Assembly: GCA_028023455.1 (NCBI GenBank)
Contig: JAQFVV010000005.1
Location: 7,254,001-7,318,000, forward strand
DNA: 64,000 nucleotides
Origin: Epiperipatus broadwayi
Lineage: Eukaryota; Animalia; Onychophora
Direction of reading: 5' to 3'
The stretch's first letter is position 1. Each line of letters opens with the position of its first letter. The translations under genes and the position numbers were made by a program. Below, one piece after another: positions 1 through 13,619 of this stretch. Below the pieces are notes generated by a model. That model searched no databases and was not told where the DNA came from. It saw only the letters and a program-made list of their open reading frames with translations.

Positions 1-215
1 TTTTAGTATAAAATATATTTATTTCTAACTACTATTATTTGAGTGTTTTTTTAATATTCATGTGTGCATCCATTTATATTCAATGATTTAAAAAGGTCTT
101 ACATGGCATAATCTGAAACAAATAGTTGCAAATATTATCTACTATTATTTACATTAACATATAAAAGTGATTTACCCGCTGACGAAGAAGCTGCAAAAAC
201 CAAAACAATTAAATG

Positions 216-254
216 GGCCGAGTGCTTTTGAGGTTTTCCCTCATATTCATGGCC
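216..254 (-). ncRNA. Minimal type I hammerhead-like motif with A3-U8 core variant (CpG-decayed)
   Basis: Minus strand GGCC-AUGAAUA-U-GAGG(GAAAA)CCUC-AAAA-GCAC-UC-GGCC. Stems I and II pair; AAAA and GCAC are consistent with CpG decay of CGAAA and GCGC (compare the 21602-21642 copy). Confidence 0.65.
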
Positions 255-319
255 AACATAAGTTATAAATCATTTATGTAATGTTGCTAACTAATAAAAT
301 ATGCAAATGTGAATGCAAA

Positions 320-757
320 TTAGTTTGTCCATTTTTTTGAGATAGAATAACACGTGTCACTTCTATTGATGGAATTGTTATCACTGATAACAAAATACGC
401 CTCCTTGATTTTTCTTTTGCAGTCATTGGCTTCAGAGCATACTATCTTGGGGTTGCCGGGTTCAAACACATGGCCAGCCTGTTTCTCATGTTTGAAGAAT
501 ATTGAGAAGTTATCATTGTTCCTTTTTGCTCTTCTGTAAGTATAAATGTGTTGAGCAGCTCTATTATGAACAGTGGCCTTGGTTTCCCCATAGTATGTGG
601 CACTGCATACAGCCTGAGGGCATGAAATACTGTATACGATTTGGGGTGTCTGAGATGGATCTGTTCTATCCTTCGAATTATTAATAAGTCTGTTAGTATT
701 AGGGGTTAAAAATTTATCATTTTCATCATCAAAACTACTACTTAACTCCTTTATCAA
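320..757 (-). pseudogene. GIY-YIG endonuclease fragment of a Penelope-like element
   Basis: VYSISC-x-CxxxYYGET, R..H and conserved E (KIKEA) motifs. Truncated at the 5' end; no RT in frame. Confidence 0.85.
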
Positions 758-1149
758 TGTAATTATTTTGCTTGAGGGCTCTGGCAGAACAGGTTTATGA
801 AATTTTCTTTGTTTTCATTCAATTGTGAGATCTAATACTGTAATTAAAATTGTTGGATTATAAAAATAATAAGTACACAAATAATTATTTCTAATAGGTA
901 GAAATTGTAACCAAGACAAATTTTAATATACATTTTGCTATGAATATGCATTCTTGCTTTATTTAAAAATGATAAAAGAACTACACACTAATTAGTTTTT
1001 ACTTAATTGTTAAAGATACATGGAAATCTATCATAGTATGATTGAAACTCAATTGTTTTTGTAAAAATTAACACTTCAATAACTATTGTATAATGATTGT
1101 GCATTTCAAATAAGGGTTCTTTTTTTCTTTATTCTAAAAAAAAATCTGG

Positions 1150-1600
1150 TTAGATAATAGGGCAATTTAAGTCCCACCCCTAAGATCAGTCTATAATTAA
1201 ATAAGCAACTTGTCTTTTTGAATATCAGATTTCTAGTTTGTTAATAAAAAATATGTTATAAGACAGTCACCAGACATATATAATTGAACTGCTACAGACT
1301 TTAATCCCAAATTAGAAAAGGAAAAAATGTTTTTGTTAAAAATATTTGTGATAATTTGAAAGAATCAAGGGATGTTATATTTTGTTAATCACTTTCAAAT
1401 AAAACAGGTGAGAACCCCTAAAAAAGCCCTCAATATAAACCAAATTATCAACAAGTATGCAAAATCTCAATAGAAATCACTAATTTGTATCTCGGTAAAA
1501 AAGAAATGACTTACAGATACATTAGCAACAGCAATTACTTTAAGTCATCACTGAAGACCAAAGATAGAAATCAATCCGGTGTTTTAGAATTTATATAATT
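1150..1600 (+). mobile_element. Highly decayed PLE 3' remnant with degenerate hammerhead at 1546-1581
   Basis: Broken frames resemble GIY-YIG (KSHP...CLFEYQISS / NKKYV). Followed by CATCA-CTGAAGA...GAAA-TCAA-TC-CGGTG. Confidence 0.35.
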
Positions 1601-2425
1601 TCCATTGATTGTTTCAAGCTTATAGTATATGGATCTAGGGTAAGGCAAAAAAGAATATTGTTAACAAAAATGTGTAGGGAACAAAAGAACCTACTATAAT
1701 ATAAAATAGATATTATACATCTAGAGAAGTGATTTTTTTTAATAAGCCTCTATTCAAATTTCTTTAATAAATATCAAACTAAATAACAGCCTTCGGTGTC
1801 TTTATATCCCTTGTTCTACTTCTTAATAACTTTTGTATCTCTTTCAACATATTTAATTAATTTGCTTTTAATGAAATAATCACCCAATCCAATTCTGCTT
1901 TCTTTTCATGCATTACTTAACAAATTATTTTTTTTCACTATGCTTTTCAAAATATTCAACTTATACTCTTTAAAGTTTTTTATCTTTTCTAAACTGCCCA
2001 CATTAAATATTCAGGCAAGATTTTTAAAATCTAATTTCCAATAGACTTACATTGTTGTTAAGTCTATCCAGGCATTATACCTTCATTCTAATTTCTATTA
2101 CTTCAATGAAGAATAATATTTCATCTGCTTAAAATTTTAAAAGCAGTCACTTGCAATATAATTCATTATAGGCTGATCTTCAAAATGATCATGCTAATTA
2201 CTTAGGTGCTTAATTACAATATGGTACTAATTGTTTTATCATTTCATATTGGGGAATTCTTCCTATAAATGAATGTAACAAATTTTAGCAGATAAATGAG
2301 CTTTTTGTATTATATAAAAAAAGTTTTAATTAATTATTTTTTGGTAGAAAATGAACTTTTGGATATACTTTAATCTTGAAATATTTATCAATATTATCAG
2401 TTAAAATAATTTAATTTTTACCAAA

Positions 2426-4054
2426 TTATTTTAACTGTACAAGGATCTCAAGGGTGTCATAATCAGTGAAATGACCAGCTTCATGACTTCTCATAACACT
2501 GTTTTCAGCATCTTTGTAATCACATAAATGACACTTAAACCTTTCCAAATTATTATCATCTCTTGGTAAATATTTCATTTCTTGTTTCTTTTGCTCAAAG
2601 TTTGGAGAAAAATTCACATGTACATATTTTTTATGTTTTATCAACTCATTATGAGAACCAGCTTCATAAACAGATGTTTCTCCAATATGTATGCGTTCGT
2701 GCATTTTTAAGTTGGCTCTCTGAGCAGTACTATAATTACAAAAGTTACAGTGATATGGTTTTTCCCCAGTATGAGTTCTTTCATGGATTTTGATATAAGA
2801 AGCATCAACAGTTTTGTAATTACAAAAGCTGCACTGGAAAGGCTTTTCTCCTTTGTGTGTTCTTTCATGCTTTATTAAGTTACTTTTCAATGTAGTTTTA
2901 TGATCACAAAAATTGCAATGGAAAGGCTTTTCTCCTTTATGTGTTCTTTCATGCTTTTTTAAATTACCTTTGGATGTAGTTTCATGATCACAAAAATTGC
3001 AATGGAAAGGTTTTACACCTGAGTGAGTATATTCATGAACTTTTAAACGGTTTTTGTCAGTAGCCTTGTAATTACACAAGCTACAATGAAATGGTTTTTC
3101 ATCTGTGTGAGAATATTTGTGAATTCGTAAACTATTCTTTTCAGTAGTCTTATAATCACACAAGTTACATTGGAATGGTTTGCCACCGTGTGTTCTTTCA
3201 TGATATTGAAAATTACTTTTTGTGGCTGTCTTATAATCACATAAATAACAGTGGAATGGTTTATCTTCAGAATGTCGTTTTTCATGTACTTGCAAACAAT
3301 ATTTCACAGCAGTTTTATAATTACAGATACTACAATGAAATGGTTTTTCTCCAGTATGTCTTTTTTCATGAAATCTTATTCTCTTCTTGATAGAGGTCAT
3401 AAAACCACAAAAGTTGCATTTGAAAGGCTTTTCTCCTGTATGGATTCTTTCATGAAGACTCAATCTATATTTAACAGCAGTCTTATAGTCACATGATGTA
3501 CAATGAAAAGGTTTTTCTCCAGTATGTATCATTTCATGAGCTTTTAAGTTATTTTTATGAGCAGTATTGTAACTACAAAATGTGCATTGGAAAGTTTTCT
3601 CCCCAGTGTGATTTCTCCTATGTACTATTAAACATGATAATTCAGCTGTTTTGTAATCACAAAGGCTGCAGTACAAAGATTTTTCTCCTATATGTACTTT
3701 TTTGTGTCTTTTTAAACTACTTTTTGCTGCAGTTTTGTAATCACAAAAATTGCAATGGAAAGGTTTTTCACCAGTATGAAAATCAATGTGGATTTTTAAA
3801 TAACTTTTATCAATAGTCTTATAATCACATAAGTTACATTGAAATGGTTTTTCACCTGTATGGATTCTTTCATGAACAGTCAATCTATGTTTAACTGCAG
3901 TCTTATAATCGCATGCTCTGCAATGAAAAGGTTTTTCTCCAGTATGTATTCTTTCATGAGTTTTCAAGTTAGTTTTATGAACAGTATTGTAACTACAAAA
4001 TGTGCACTGGAAAGTTTTCTCCCCAGTGTGATTTCTTCTATGTATTATTAACAT
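2426..4054 (-). CDS. Tandem C2H2 zinc-finger protein (about 17 fingers with TGEKPF linkers), 542 aa
   Basis: Uninterrupted ORF of repeated F-x-C-x2-C-x12-H-x3-H units with H-T-G-E-K-P linkers and a real ATG at 4054. No KRAB, ZAD or BTB domain is visible. It may be the last exon of a larger gene or the intact half of a pseudogene. Confidence 0.85.
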   Translation of the reverse strand: MLIIHRRNHTGEKTFQCTFCSYNTVHKTNLKTHERIHTGEKPFHCRACDYKTAVKHRLTVHERIHTGEKPFQCNLCDYKTIDKSYLKIHIDFHTGEKPFHCNFCDYKTAAKSSLKRHKKVHIGEKSLYCSLCDYKTAELSCLIVHRRNHTGEKTFQCTFCSYNTAHKNNLKAHEMIHTGEKPFHCTSCDYKTAVKYRLSLHERIHTGEKPFKCNFCGFMTSIKKRIRFHEKRHTGEKPFHCSICNYKTAVKYCLQVHEKRHSEDKPFHCYLCDYKTATKSNFQYHERTHGGKPFQCNLCDYKTTEKNSLRIHKYSHTDEKPFHCSLCNYKATDKNRLKVHEYTHSGVKPFHCNFCDHETTSKGNLKKHERTHKGEKPFHCNFCDHKTTLKSNLIKHERTHKGEKPFQCSFCNYKTVDASYIKIHERTHTGEKPYHCNFCNYSTAQRANLKMHERIHIGETSVYEAGSHNELIKHKKYVHVNFSPNFEQKKQEMKYLPRDDNNLERFKCHLCDYKDAENSVMRSHEAGHFTDYDTLEILVQLK

Positions 4055-4990
4055 GACATATCAATACTTTGGTAATCACAAAGGTTTTAACTATAAAGAT
4101 ATTTCTCCTGTATGTACTCTTTCATGCCTTTTTAAAGTAATTGCTGCAGTTTTATAATCATAAAAATCATAATGAAAAAGTTTTTCACCAGTGTGAGAAT
4201 ATATGTGAATTTTTAAATAATTTTTATCAGTAGTCTTATAATTACACAAACTGCATTAAAATGATTTTTCTTCAGAATGTTCATTTTTCTTCATGTTTTT
4301 AAAAATATTCTGTGACTGTCTTGTATTCACATAAATTGCACTGTAATAATTTGTCTACAGAATGCATGCTTTTATAAACTTTCACTTGATCCTTAACAGC
4401 TGTCATATAATTACAATAGCTGCATTGAAACGGTTTTTCTCTTATGGACTCTTTCCTGAAGTTGTAATATATTATACAGCAGTCTCTTATAATCACAATG
4501 TGCAATGGCAAGATTTTTCTCCAGAGTGCATATTTCATGAATTTTTTAGCTATTATTTTGTAGAAAGCAGTTTTATAATTAGCCAAACTCCAAAAAAGAT
4601 TTTTCTTCAGCATACATTCTGTTCATGAATTTTCAAAGTTTTGCCAGCAGTCTGTTAATTATGTATACTGTATTGCAATGTTCTTTTATGCATTTTAAAG
4701 TTATATTTCCCCAACAGTTTTAAAATCACAGACTCATTTGAAAGGTTTGTCTGCAGTTTGTCATCTTTGAAGAATTTTTATAGGGTTTATTATAATCACC
4801 CAAACTGGAATGGAAAGCTTTCCTCTTGGATTTCTTCTTTCATTCATTTATAAAACTATTTTTCTCAGACTTATCTTCTTGCAAAAGAAAACTTTTTGTC
4901 CTGAATGTTTTCCTTCATGCAATTTAGTTAACTTTTGCAGCAGTCTTATAATCACAAATACTGCAATTATAAGACATTTCCAGTTCTTTA
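4055..4990 (-). pseudogene. Decayed upstream continuation of the C2H2 finger array
   Basis: Fingers with stops and frameshifts, e.g. SF*CSLCNYKTTDKNYLKIHIYSHTGEK and YNCSICDYKTAAKVN*. A 1-nt deletion near 4050 separates them from the intact ORF. Confidence 0.8.
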
Positions 4991-7949
4991 ATTATTTGTA
5001 TTTAAAACATTAAAAATTAAATTTATGGTGTACATGATTGCTAATTATGTAATATTTATCATATATATTTTTCGCCCATTTCAAATATTTAATGCAATCA
5101 TTTATTGATGCTATCAGACATTATGCATTTTCACTCACAAGTATCCCATTAATTTTTTTTTTTAACACTCATCTAAAGTTTTTGATTTCTTCAAAAACAT
5201 TCTAATTGTAATCCACACAAAAACAAAGTTATTTTTAAAAATATTTGATGTATAATGAAATAATAATTTTCAATTATTAGTATTTGTATGAGTGCTTTTT
5301 AATATAGATATATATTTTAATGTGTAACTTTATAATGTAATGATATCTTTTTCATAAAATTATTAGAAATGTAAGTAAGAAATTTTTTTTTTTTTTGGAA
5401 GAATGTTTAAATGAAATCTTTTATTTAAATTTTTCTACACATTCATTTTAAGAAGGATTAAAACTGTGATTATTTTAGATTAAATAACAATTTAGTATTA
5501 GTATTCCTAAATAAAACTTAGAAAACAAAATATTTAAACATACTGGGATATTTCAGTTAAATATGATAATTGTAGATAAAAAAAACTTTTAGATTACAAT
5601 TAACTTTGAAAGAAAAAATACCTCTTCAAAATCACATTTGTTTAAGATTATTAATCTGTCACCAATTTTAATAATTGATAAATATTCACTATAGCAATCA
5701 ATATTTATTTTCATTATTTATACAAATAGCAGACTTGTGTAAATTTTATCATTTTGAAGTAATATTATATTCCTCATATATTTTTTTTTTATTTCAAAAA
5801 ATTTAAAATTTTAATCAAATTACTAAACTTTCCAATGTAAAAAATTCTTTTTTAAAAAAATAATTCACTTATCAATTATCCTTGCTTTCTATTAACTTTT
5901 AACTAGGCAACATTTTAATGTTATTGTACAATATCTCAAAGAATTCTATGTATACAAATATTTTGCCTGTAAAATAACAGTCATTATAAGTCATAAAATT
6001 ATTGCTGTGCATAATTATAATGATTTCAGTAAATAAATCAGCAATTTATGAAAATATTAATACATTTCTTCTACAAATATGGAATATATAATTCATAATG
6101 ATTATCTAATAAAGATGATACCAAACTATAATCAATGACTATTTGAAAAGATATTTAAAATCATTAACAATAAATTGAAATAAGTCATTGAAGATAGATT
6201 TATCCAATAGAGAACATTTGTGTTTCAGCTTCTGTCAAAATCATGAAATGTTTATAGAGAACAATAGAACTGAATGTCAATTACTGCCAACCTAAATGAA
6301 ACAAAATAAATAAAAATGAATACATAAAGCACGACTCAAAATTTTATACATGAGAAAGTACAAAATGCTTTTTTTTTTTAAAAAAATAAAAAAATATGAT
6401 TCTTATTATTTTGAAAAATGCATGCATAAATTATTAAGTTATACTGACAAAAAAATTTAAAAAAATTATAGTAAATTCAAAAATAGAAAAAAAAACCCTT
6501 AAAATATTTTTAGTGACATAAACAAGCCAATAATATAATGCTAACATATGCAATAAAACTTAAAGAAATATAATGATAGACATTTACCAGTATATAATCC
6601 AAAATCCTAAAAATCAAAAAAAAAAAGTACACTAATTTATATATTAAAAACAAATTAAAATATAATAAAAAAAAATACATGAAAAAACATCTTTGTTTTG
6701 TATGCACCTCTAATTATAAAATGTTTTTAAAAAAAAAACAAGAATATAGCAAGAAAATAAAGGATTATAAATAATATTTTCACATTTTCTTTACAAAAAT
6801 TCAGAAATAACCAGTTTATACTAAAAATTTGAAATTTTTAATTTGTTCCAATTTAAAAATAATTTTTTTGATCATTAATACAAAAATAAACCTGTTACTA
6901 ATTGAACTATTTACTATGTAATAAAAATATCAATTAAAATAATAAATATTCAACATTTTTTTAAATAAAAAAAACAAGAATTGATTATCACTTAAACAAT
7001 TAAAAAGATTAATATTCAAGTAATTATTACTTAGGAAACAATTTTTAGATTAAATATTGAAAAATGTCAAAAAAAAAAACAAAACAATAAACATTAATTC
7101 ATTATTTGTTTTAAAACTTACTATTGTTGGTAAAAAGGAATGGTTAAATATCACAAGCTTCTGAAAAGTAAAAAAATTTCAATAATTACTACTTTGAATA
7201 AAAAGTTTCAATAAATATTTAAAATTCATCAGGTAATAAACATTAAATTTATTACTAAAAAATAGCATATATAGGAACTCTTTTATAATAGCAAATATTA
7301 TATTTTTAAATGATGACAATATGTACAGGAACAGTATATGGGAGGGTTTTAATGGTCAAGGTACAGAGATCACTGCTGAAGGCCATCACTTTTGGTGCTT
7401 AAATTTCATATGAATATCAGAATTTGCTCTTCATGGTCTAATGCAATGGTAGAATAAGATTCCTGACAGATAAACATATATATTCTTTACTATTAATACA
7501 GTATTAGTCATATAGTCTAAATACAACAGGAAAAATCAAAATAATTACATATAAACAATAAATTAAAATAAGGAATGTTAAAATATTTTTAAAAATCATT
7601 TTAAATGACAACACATTTCTAAGTACTGTATATATTTGCATTTAAATAAACATGTTATTAAATCATCTGATGTTTGAATGGATGAAAATACATTACAATT
7701 ATAAAAAAAAAAACAAATTGTTTAATAATAAATAAAAAATCTATCTTAGAGAGGGGTTTCCAAAATCACAGAAGAGAAAAACAGGATATCACAATACAAA
7801 GCATAAACACAATTGTTTATACCAATATCAATTATAAAGAAAAATTATGATACAGTTAGTGTTAGAAACTAACAAGCACAAATTATAAAAAAAGTAATTT
7901 CCATTGATTTATATGAATACTGCATCTAAAAATAATAAAGATAAATAAT

Positions 7950-9570
7950 ATGAATCAATTTACTAATGAAAAATGTGCTATTAAATTATTTTGTAAACCA
8001 AAAGATCTGCCATTTTTAATTGTTGATACATTACATTTTGAGTGAAATTTTTCTAAAATTTACTTTTCATTGTAAATCATTTCATGAAATCTGTTATCTC
8101 ATGGAAGTATGTTTTTATAAAAATGGATTTTATTGTACTGTCTGACACCTGTTTCACTTTTTGGTCCACAACAAATACATTCTTTTGATAAAAATATTGA
8201 AACTTGAAAGGTTTATCATGAATATGAGAAGTTGCATTGATATATTTTCATTTTTAAAATGGTTAAGGATTCCTTTTCAGCTTTATGTCAATTCAATTTT
8301 TCATATCATTAACAAGGTAATATTTTCAAATAAAATTTGTTGAATAAAAAAATCTTGATCTAATTCAGCTGATTGGTGAATTTCTTTAAATGAATACAAT
8401 CAATTCAAAATAGTTTTCCACTAAACAGTTTTGTATTGCCCAGAAATTTATATCAAATTGTGTGCAGTTATAAGCCTATTCTTCTGCATGTTCTATTATT
8501 GTTTCATGGAAAGTACTGATATAGTCTTGAAATTTTGAATATGCTAAGAAACTATTATTAATTAAATTACTGAATATTTTTATCACATCTGGAATATATT
8601 CTTCACTTTTGCACATTTTAATATTTTCAATAAAAGTGATAATTTGAGATGAATTTCAAAGTAAGTATATCTTATCTTTTGCTTATATTGATCATTGTGA
8701 CAATAAGCTTTAGTTGAGTAGGCATTTGTCAATAGAAATGAAATGTGATTTCAAAACTTTAAAAAAGTCAACATAAAAAAGAAAAAAATGAGAATCAACC
8801 AGTTTCGCTCAATTCAAAATACTGATAAATTTTGTCAATTACAATTTTGAAAATCAATTGGAAAACAATCTGTAGTTGTTGGTAAAGCATTACGTACATG
8901 TGTTGCACAAACAATTCCATTTATGTTTCTTTAACTAAATCCTTTAGTTTTGAAAGACATTTTCTTTCCCTTTTCATTTTTTATCAATAAATTTGTATTA
9001 TCAGCCAACAACCCTATAATATTTTCTATTAGATGAAATTAGTCTCAAGACCTACAAAATAAGATTACTTATTAAAAGATATGTTTGTCCAGATACATTT
9101 GTCAAATTAAATATCTTTATATGCAGTTGTAATAATATCTTATTGGAATTACAAAACATTTTAAAATTGATATGATTTGATTTGTCAACATAATTATAAT
9201 ACATTTTATTTCTTTAGCCTCTTTGTTTCTTTGTCCAGAGAAAAAGAAGTCTAATAATCATGGCTTAAATTTTTACTTGAAATGTCAATTTTTTGTTGTA
9301 TATTTTTTTGTTGTGCCATCTATTAACAAAAAAGTGTGATTATACTTCTGTAAGAGATAAAAAAACTAGCATCACTTGCTGAATGAATTTTTTATTTAAA
9401 AAATTTCATTTCCCTCTAAAGCTTGTGCTTTTATAATTTTATATGATTTACAATATCAGAAGCATTGTGTCATTTAGTGAAACAGGACTTGCATATTATG
9501 CAGTGGAAGATTTCATTGTTATTGTGCAAAATATAGTTTTCTATAACAAATGCTTTGGCTAAAAAATTAG
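7950..9570 (-). mobile_element. Decayed hAT-superfamily transposase remnant
   Basis: Manual translation gives a BED-like FHCIICKSCFT..HNASDIVNHIK, then GLLADNTN and GIVCATHVRNALPTTTDCFPID (CxxH motif), with many stops. Confidence 0.7.
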
Positions 9571-9960
9571 TGAACACATATCTTACATTTACTTCCCTAT
9601 AATAAAAAAAATGAACTGAAATTAAATTATAAAATCCTTAAAAGGTTAACAAACATTTTGAAAATAAATATTTGGAATAAAATAAAAATTAGCAACTATT
9701 AATTGTTTAAAACAATAAAGTAATGGATTATTCTTTTTTAATTTCCAACAAAGCTATGAGTAAAGTTTTGTGATCAAGTATTTTTTCATGATTCCACTCT
9801 GAGAAATTTGTACTTCTTTGGATGGTTAGATACATAATGTATCAATCAAAAATTTGTTTTAAATTAATTTGTTTAAAACCAATTACATAGATATAACTAA
9901 TGCGCTATTTTTGCACAACAATACAATGATCACTATTTTCTATGCATACAAAGTTGCTAA

Positions 9961-10750
9961 AAACAGTAGTAAATTCTCCATATACTAGTGCCCCCCAGTA
10001 GAGACTTGGTAATCAATGGATGCAAGTGAATGAGCTTGGATTGAAAACATTGTTGTGCTTTCATGTTGGACTTATAACTATATTTAAGAAAATAGATAAA
10101 AAGTTGCTGCTAGAAGGTTGCATTAGATTCTAATATCTAGGTCCAATGCTCTCAAAGCCATGGCTCTTTAATATGATGAAAGCCAAAACCTAGAAACAAG
10201 TCTGGGAATATTGTATGAGCAGACAATAGATAAAGGTTTTATCTACAAACTTTCTTGCATCCATTGATTACTATGGCTTGCTCTGGTAGGCACTACTGTA
10301 TGGAGAGTTTGCTATTATTTTAAAAGAAAATTGGATTGTGTGATGTTTTAGTGGTTTTATATCAAACTGCCCATAGGATAATAGTGACTATAGTTTTTAA
10401 AAAACCAAAGACACTAAGATGTATAAATATTGAACTGGGTACAGAGCTATATAATTATACAAGCAAATGAGCTTGGATTGAAAATATTGTGCTTTCATCT
10501 TGGAATTGTAGCTTTATAATAACTAAATAGGTAAAAGTAAATGGTGGAGGGTTGCATTTGGTCCTAAGATTTAGGTGCAATGCTCTCAGATCCAAGGCTC
10601 CTCACTGATAAAAACCACAAATTAGAAACTTGTCTGAGAATATTAGATGAGTACGCACTAGATAGGGATTTTATGTACAAACCTTCTTACATCCATTAAT
10701 TACTAAGGCTTCCATTGGGTGGAGCTACTGTATGGTTTGCTACTGTTTTA
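9961..10750 (+). mobile_element. Family A hammerhead repeat: 65-bp inverted 3' fragment plus two tandem decayed monomers (period 432 bp)
   Basis: Both monomers align to the 18107-18355 copy. Decayed HHR cores at 10173 (ATGATGA...AGAAACAAGTC) and 10605 (CTGATAA...AGAAACTTGTC). 9961-10025 is the reverse complement of the monomer 3' end. Confidence 0.8.
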
Positions 10751-11992
10751 TCTCATTACCATAAGCTGGTGATTAAACACAAAAAGAAAATATTTAATAC
10801 TTGCTAACCTAACACAAGAATGGAAACAATATTGATCATAATGCACTCATATATGATTTTACTTATCATTCAGATTATATGTTTTAATTGTCCCACTAAG
10901 AATGTTCAGAATAAAAATAAAAGATTTATAGCTTATTTTGATAAACAATGAGACAAAATTATAAATCATAAATAAAAGAAATCTTTAATGGCTGAGGATA
11001 ACATGAAATGCAACATTAAAAAAATTAATATTAATTTGACAATGGAAAGTATCATAGAAAATGGGACAATTGTTTTCCTGGTACTTGTTTTTGTGAAACT
11101 GGCCCATATTATTTTATAAGGAATAACGGGAACCTTAAATTCTTAGAACAATGATAAAATAGATTTCATCATTTTCAAAAATTCACTTGTATTTACAGCT
11201 TAAAGCCTAGATCAATTTTTTATTTGTCAAAGGGTAAAAAAATAAATAAATAGTTATATCAAATCTGACTTTATCTAGTGCAATGAATATAACCTGCCTG
11301 ATCAAAAGCAGTGGTAAGCTGCAGTCAATTTGTAATATTGTTAATCTTTCCATGATATTGAACTAAGCTAGTTAATGGATTATCTCAATTGTTTTTTAAA
11401 TAAAAAAATTAAGCTTCATTTCTCTTAGCAGCATAGACTCGAACTTAAATTATGCATATACACAAAATCAATACACAAAGCACAGATAAAAAAATTATAT
11501 ATGTCAGTATAAAAAATTTTTTGCGATGTGTTTTAAACTAAGAATTTATAACCAATTTTCAAAAATAGAAAATAAACTTAGAAAAAGGTTTTCTTGATAT
11601 TGTAAACTAATAATGTAATGCTAAAATATTCTGTAAAAAAATATAATGAAAGACATTTGTGAAATCACAAAAAAATAAAAAATGAATATAAAAAAATGCA
11701 TTAAGTTATAGATGCAGAATAACTGAAAACATACAAAAAACATTATAAAGTTAATCTTTGATTTATGACAATCCTAGTTAACTAGAATGTTTTGTAAAAA
11801 AAAAATACATAAAAAGAATACAATGAGAATAATAAAGAGCAAAAAAACATATTTTCATGTTTTTTTAAGCAAAATTCAGAAACTGAAGTCATTTGCTATA
11901 AAAAGTTTGTGCAGAGTTTGAAATTTGCATTAATTCCAAACTTGTTTGCTAATCCAGCTATAGATTAACAATTTAAAGAAAAATAATAATAA

Positions 11993-12400
11993 TACAGGTA
12001 ACCTCCATATAACACTGTCAATAGGTTCTAAAAAATATATGCAAATTCATGTTATAGGAAACAAAATACAAAAAACAGGATTAGGTTCCAAAAGTTAAAA
12101 AAAAAGTATATTATTTGCATTTTGTAATGAAGTTGATCAAAAGTATTACATAATGTTTTCTTTGTCACCATTAAATGAGCGTATTTTTTTTTTTTTTTGG
12201 CGAAATAGTCTCATTTTCTGAGCTTTCTTCAGCAGCCTTTTGAGATCTACTTTCTTACTTTTTGCAAAAAATCTGAAGGCTGTTGTTTTAGGGGAAGTTG
12301 CTCCAACTCCTGAATCATGTTAGAGTAAACAAGTGTTGTAGAAATGCTGTGTTATGGTTGGGGGCAGGGGGTTCCCTAATTTGTGTTGAAGGAATGCAGT
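11993..12400. mobile_element. Possible pogo/Tigger-like remnant
   Basis: TA|CAGGTAACCTCCATATAACAC resembles a decayed Tigger-type TIR. Minus-strand KQQPSDFLQK resembles Tigger C-termini. No second TIR found. Confidence 0.3.
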
Positions 12401-12701
12401 GTTAAGATACAATCAGAAAACATTTGCGCTTTGTATTTCACTAAAACATCAAAAGATTTATTCAATAATTATTTGTTAAACAATTCTCATACTAAACAAC
12501 AAACATTGAATTTACTATTTAAAAAAAACGTCACTATTGCAGATAAAGGCCATGCTAAATTATCACAACTTTCTGAAAGTTTAAAAAACATGTATTCATT
12601 ATTACTGCTTTTGGTAAATAATTTGATAAATACTTATAATTCATAGTCACTAAAATCTATAGATAAAAACAATTGTCAATAAATTTACTACTAATAAAAT
12701 A

Positions 12702-12793
12702 CTACACCAACACCATTAAACAAGATGTTAAAACTGCAAGGATACTGTCACCCCTTGCAGTTATTAACATCTTGTTTAAAGGCGCTGTTGTAG
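12702..12793. repeat. ~90-nt imperfect hairpin
   Basis: TTAAACAAGATGTTAA-AACTGCAAGG pairs with CCTTGCAGTT-A-TTAACATCTTGTTTAA around an 11-nt loop. Confidence 0.8.
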
Positions 12794-13619
12794 AGGTTTG
12801 ATTATCTTCCATATAGTTACAATTTAAACATTGCTCTTGTAAAATATTACTAAAAATACATACAAAAAAACTATCATTACAAAATAAATTAAAAACTCAT
12901 TTTGTGCAATCTTAAGATCATCATACAGAATGAGAATATTAAAAATATTTTAATATTTATTAGTTAACTTGTTAAGGAATTTACTAACTGAACACATAAA
13001 AAATTATTCCAACATTAATTCTAATTTTACTTTTGAAAAGAAAACTTGCAATAATGACTCTTTTATAACACTAAGATTTTAAATTTAATGCTAACAAGAA
13101 TGATTTGCAAACAAAATCAATATAACATATAAAAGCAATAATTATATAATCAAGTCACAAAATGAAGAATCAAACAATCATTTACTAACAGTAAATCAAA
13201 TTAATCAATTCTTAAAAGACTTTTATTAATATTTTAAAATTGATGAACATTTCTATATTAGCATTAAACCAAAATAAACATGAATGAAAGCAGAGACTTA
13301 TACTGTATACGATTGTAATTTTTTTTTTTCTTAAGTCCAACATTAATCAAACTAAACAAACAAAAACTAGTTAATGAGAAGTACATATCTAGGGTCATGA
13401 TGAAATTTTTAAAAAAAAAACTTATGGTATGAACATTTTGATGCTGCTCTCTATATTTAACATGGATAACATAACTAAGATGTAATAATATGTTGAATTA
13501 TTTCCATCATTTATCATTAAATGTTGAATGTATAGAAAATTTTAAACTTTATTTAAACTTTTCAAATGCAAACAACTTGTTAGTAATAATACATAAATAG
13601 ACAACATAGGTTAGTAATT

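Larger units (their letters stand above)
216..900 (-). mobile_element. Penelope-like element 3' remnant (family C): linker, GIY-YIG endonuclease, 3' UTR and hammerhead
   Basis: ORF 320-757 contains QIVYSISCPQAVCSATYYGETKATVHNRAAQH...KRKIKEAYFVI...INRSDTCYSISKKW, a PLE-type GIY-YIG domain. An HHR-like motif lies 66 nt past the stop on the same strand. Confidence 0.85.

Noticed and set aside
176-215. Plus-strand CTGACGA...CAAAAC as a hammerhead
   Set aside because: No credible stems II or III. It is the antisense of the family C tail, and the better-supported motif is on the minus strand at 216-254.
1640-2150. APE-like remnant on the minus strand
   Set aside because: Similarity limited to a few residues; cannot be supported.
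5620-5720. Possible first exon of the zinc-finger gene (MKINIDC...DFEE|gt)
   Set aside because: No matching open acceptor exon downstream and no recognisable domain; plausible by chance in AT-rich DNA.
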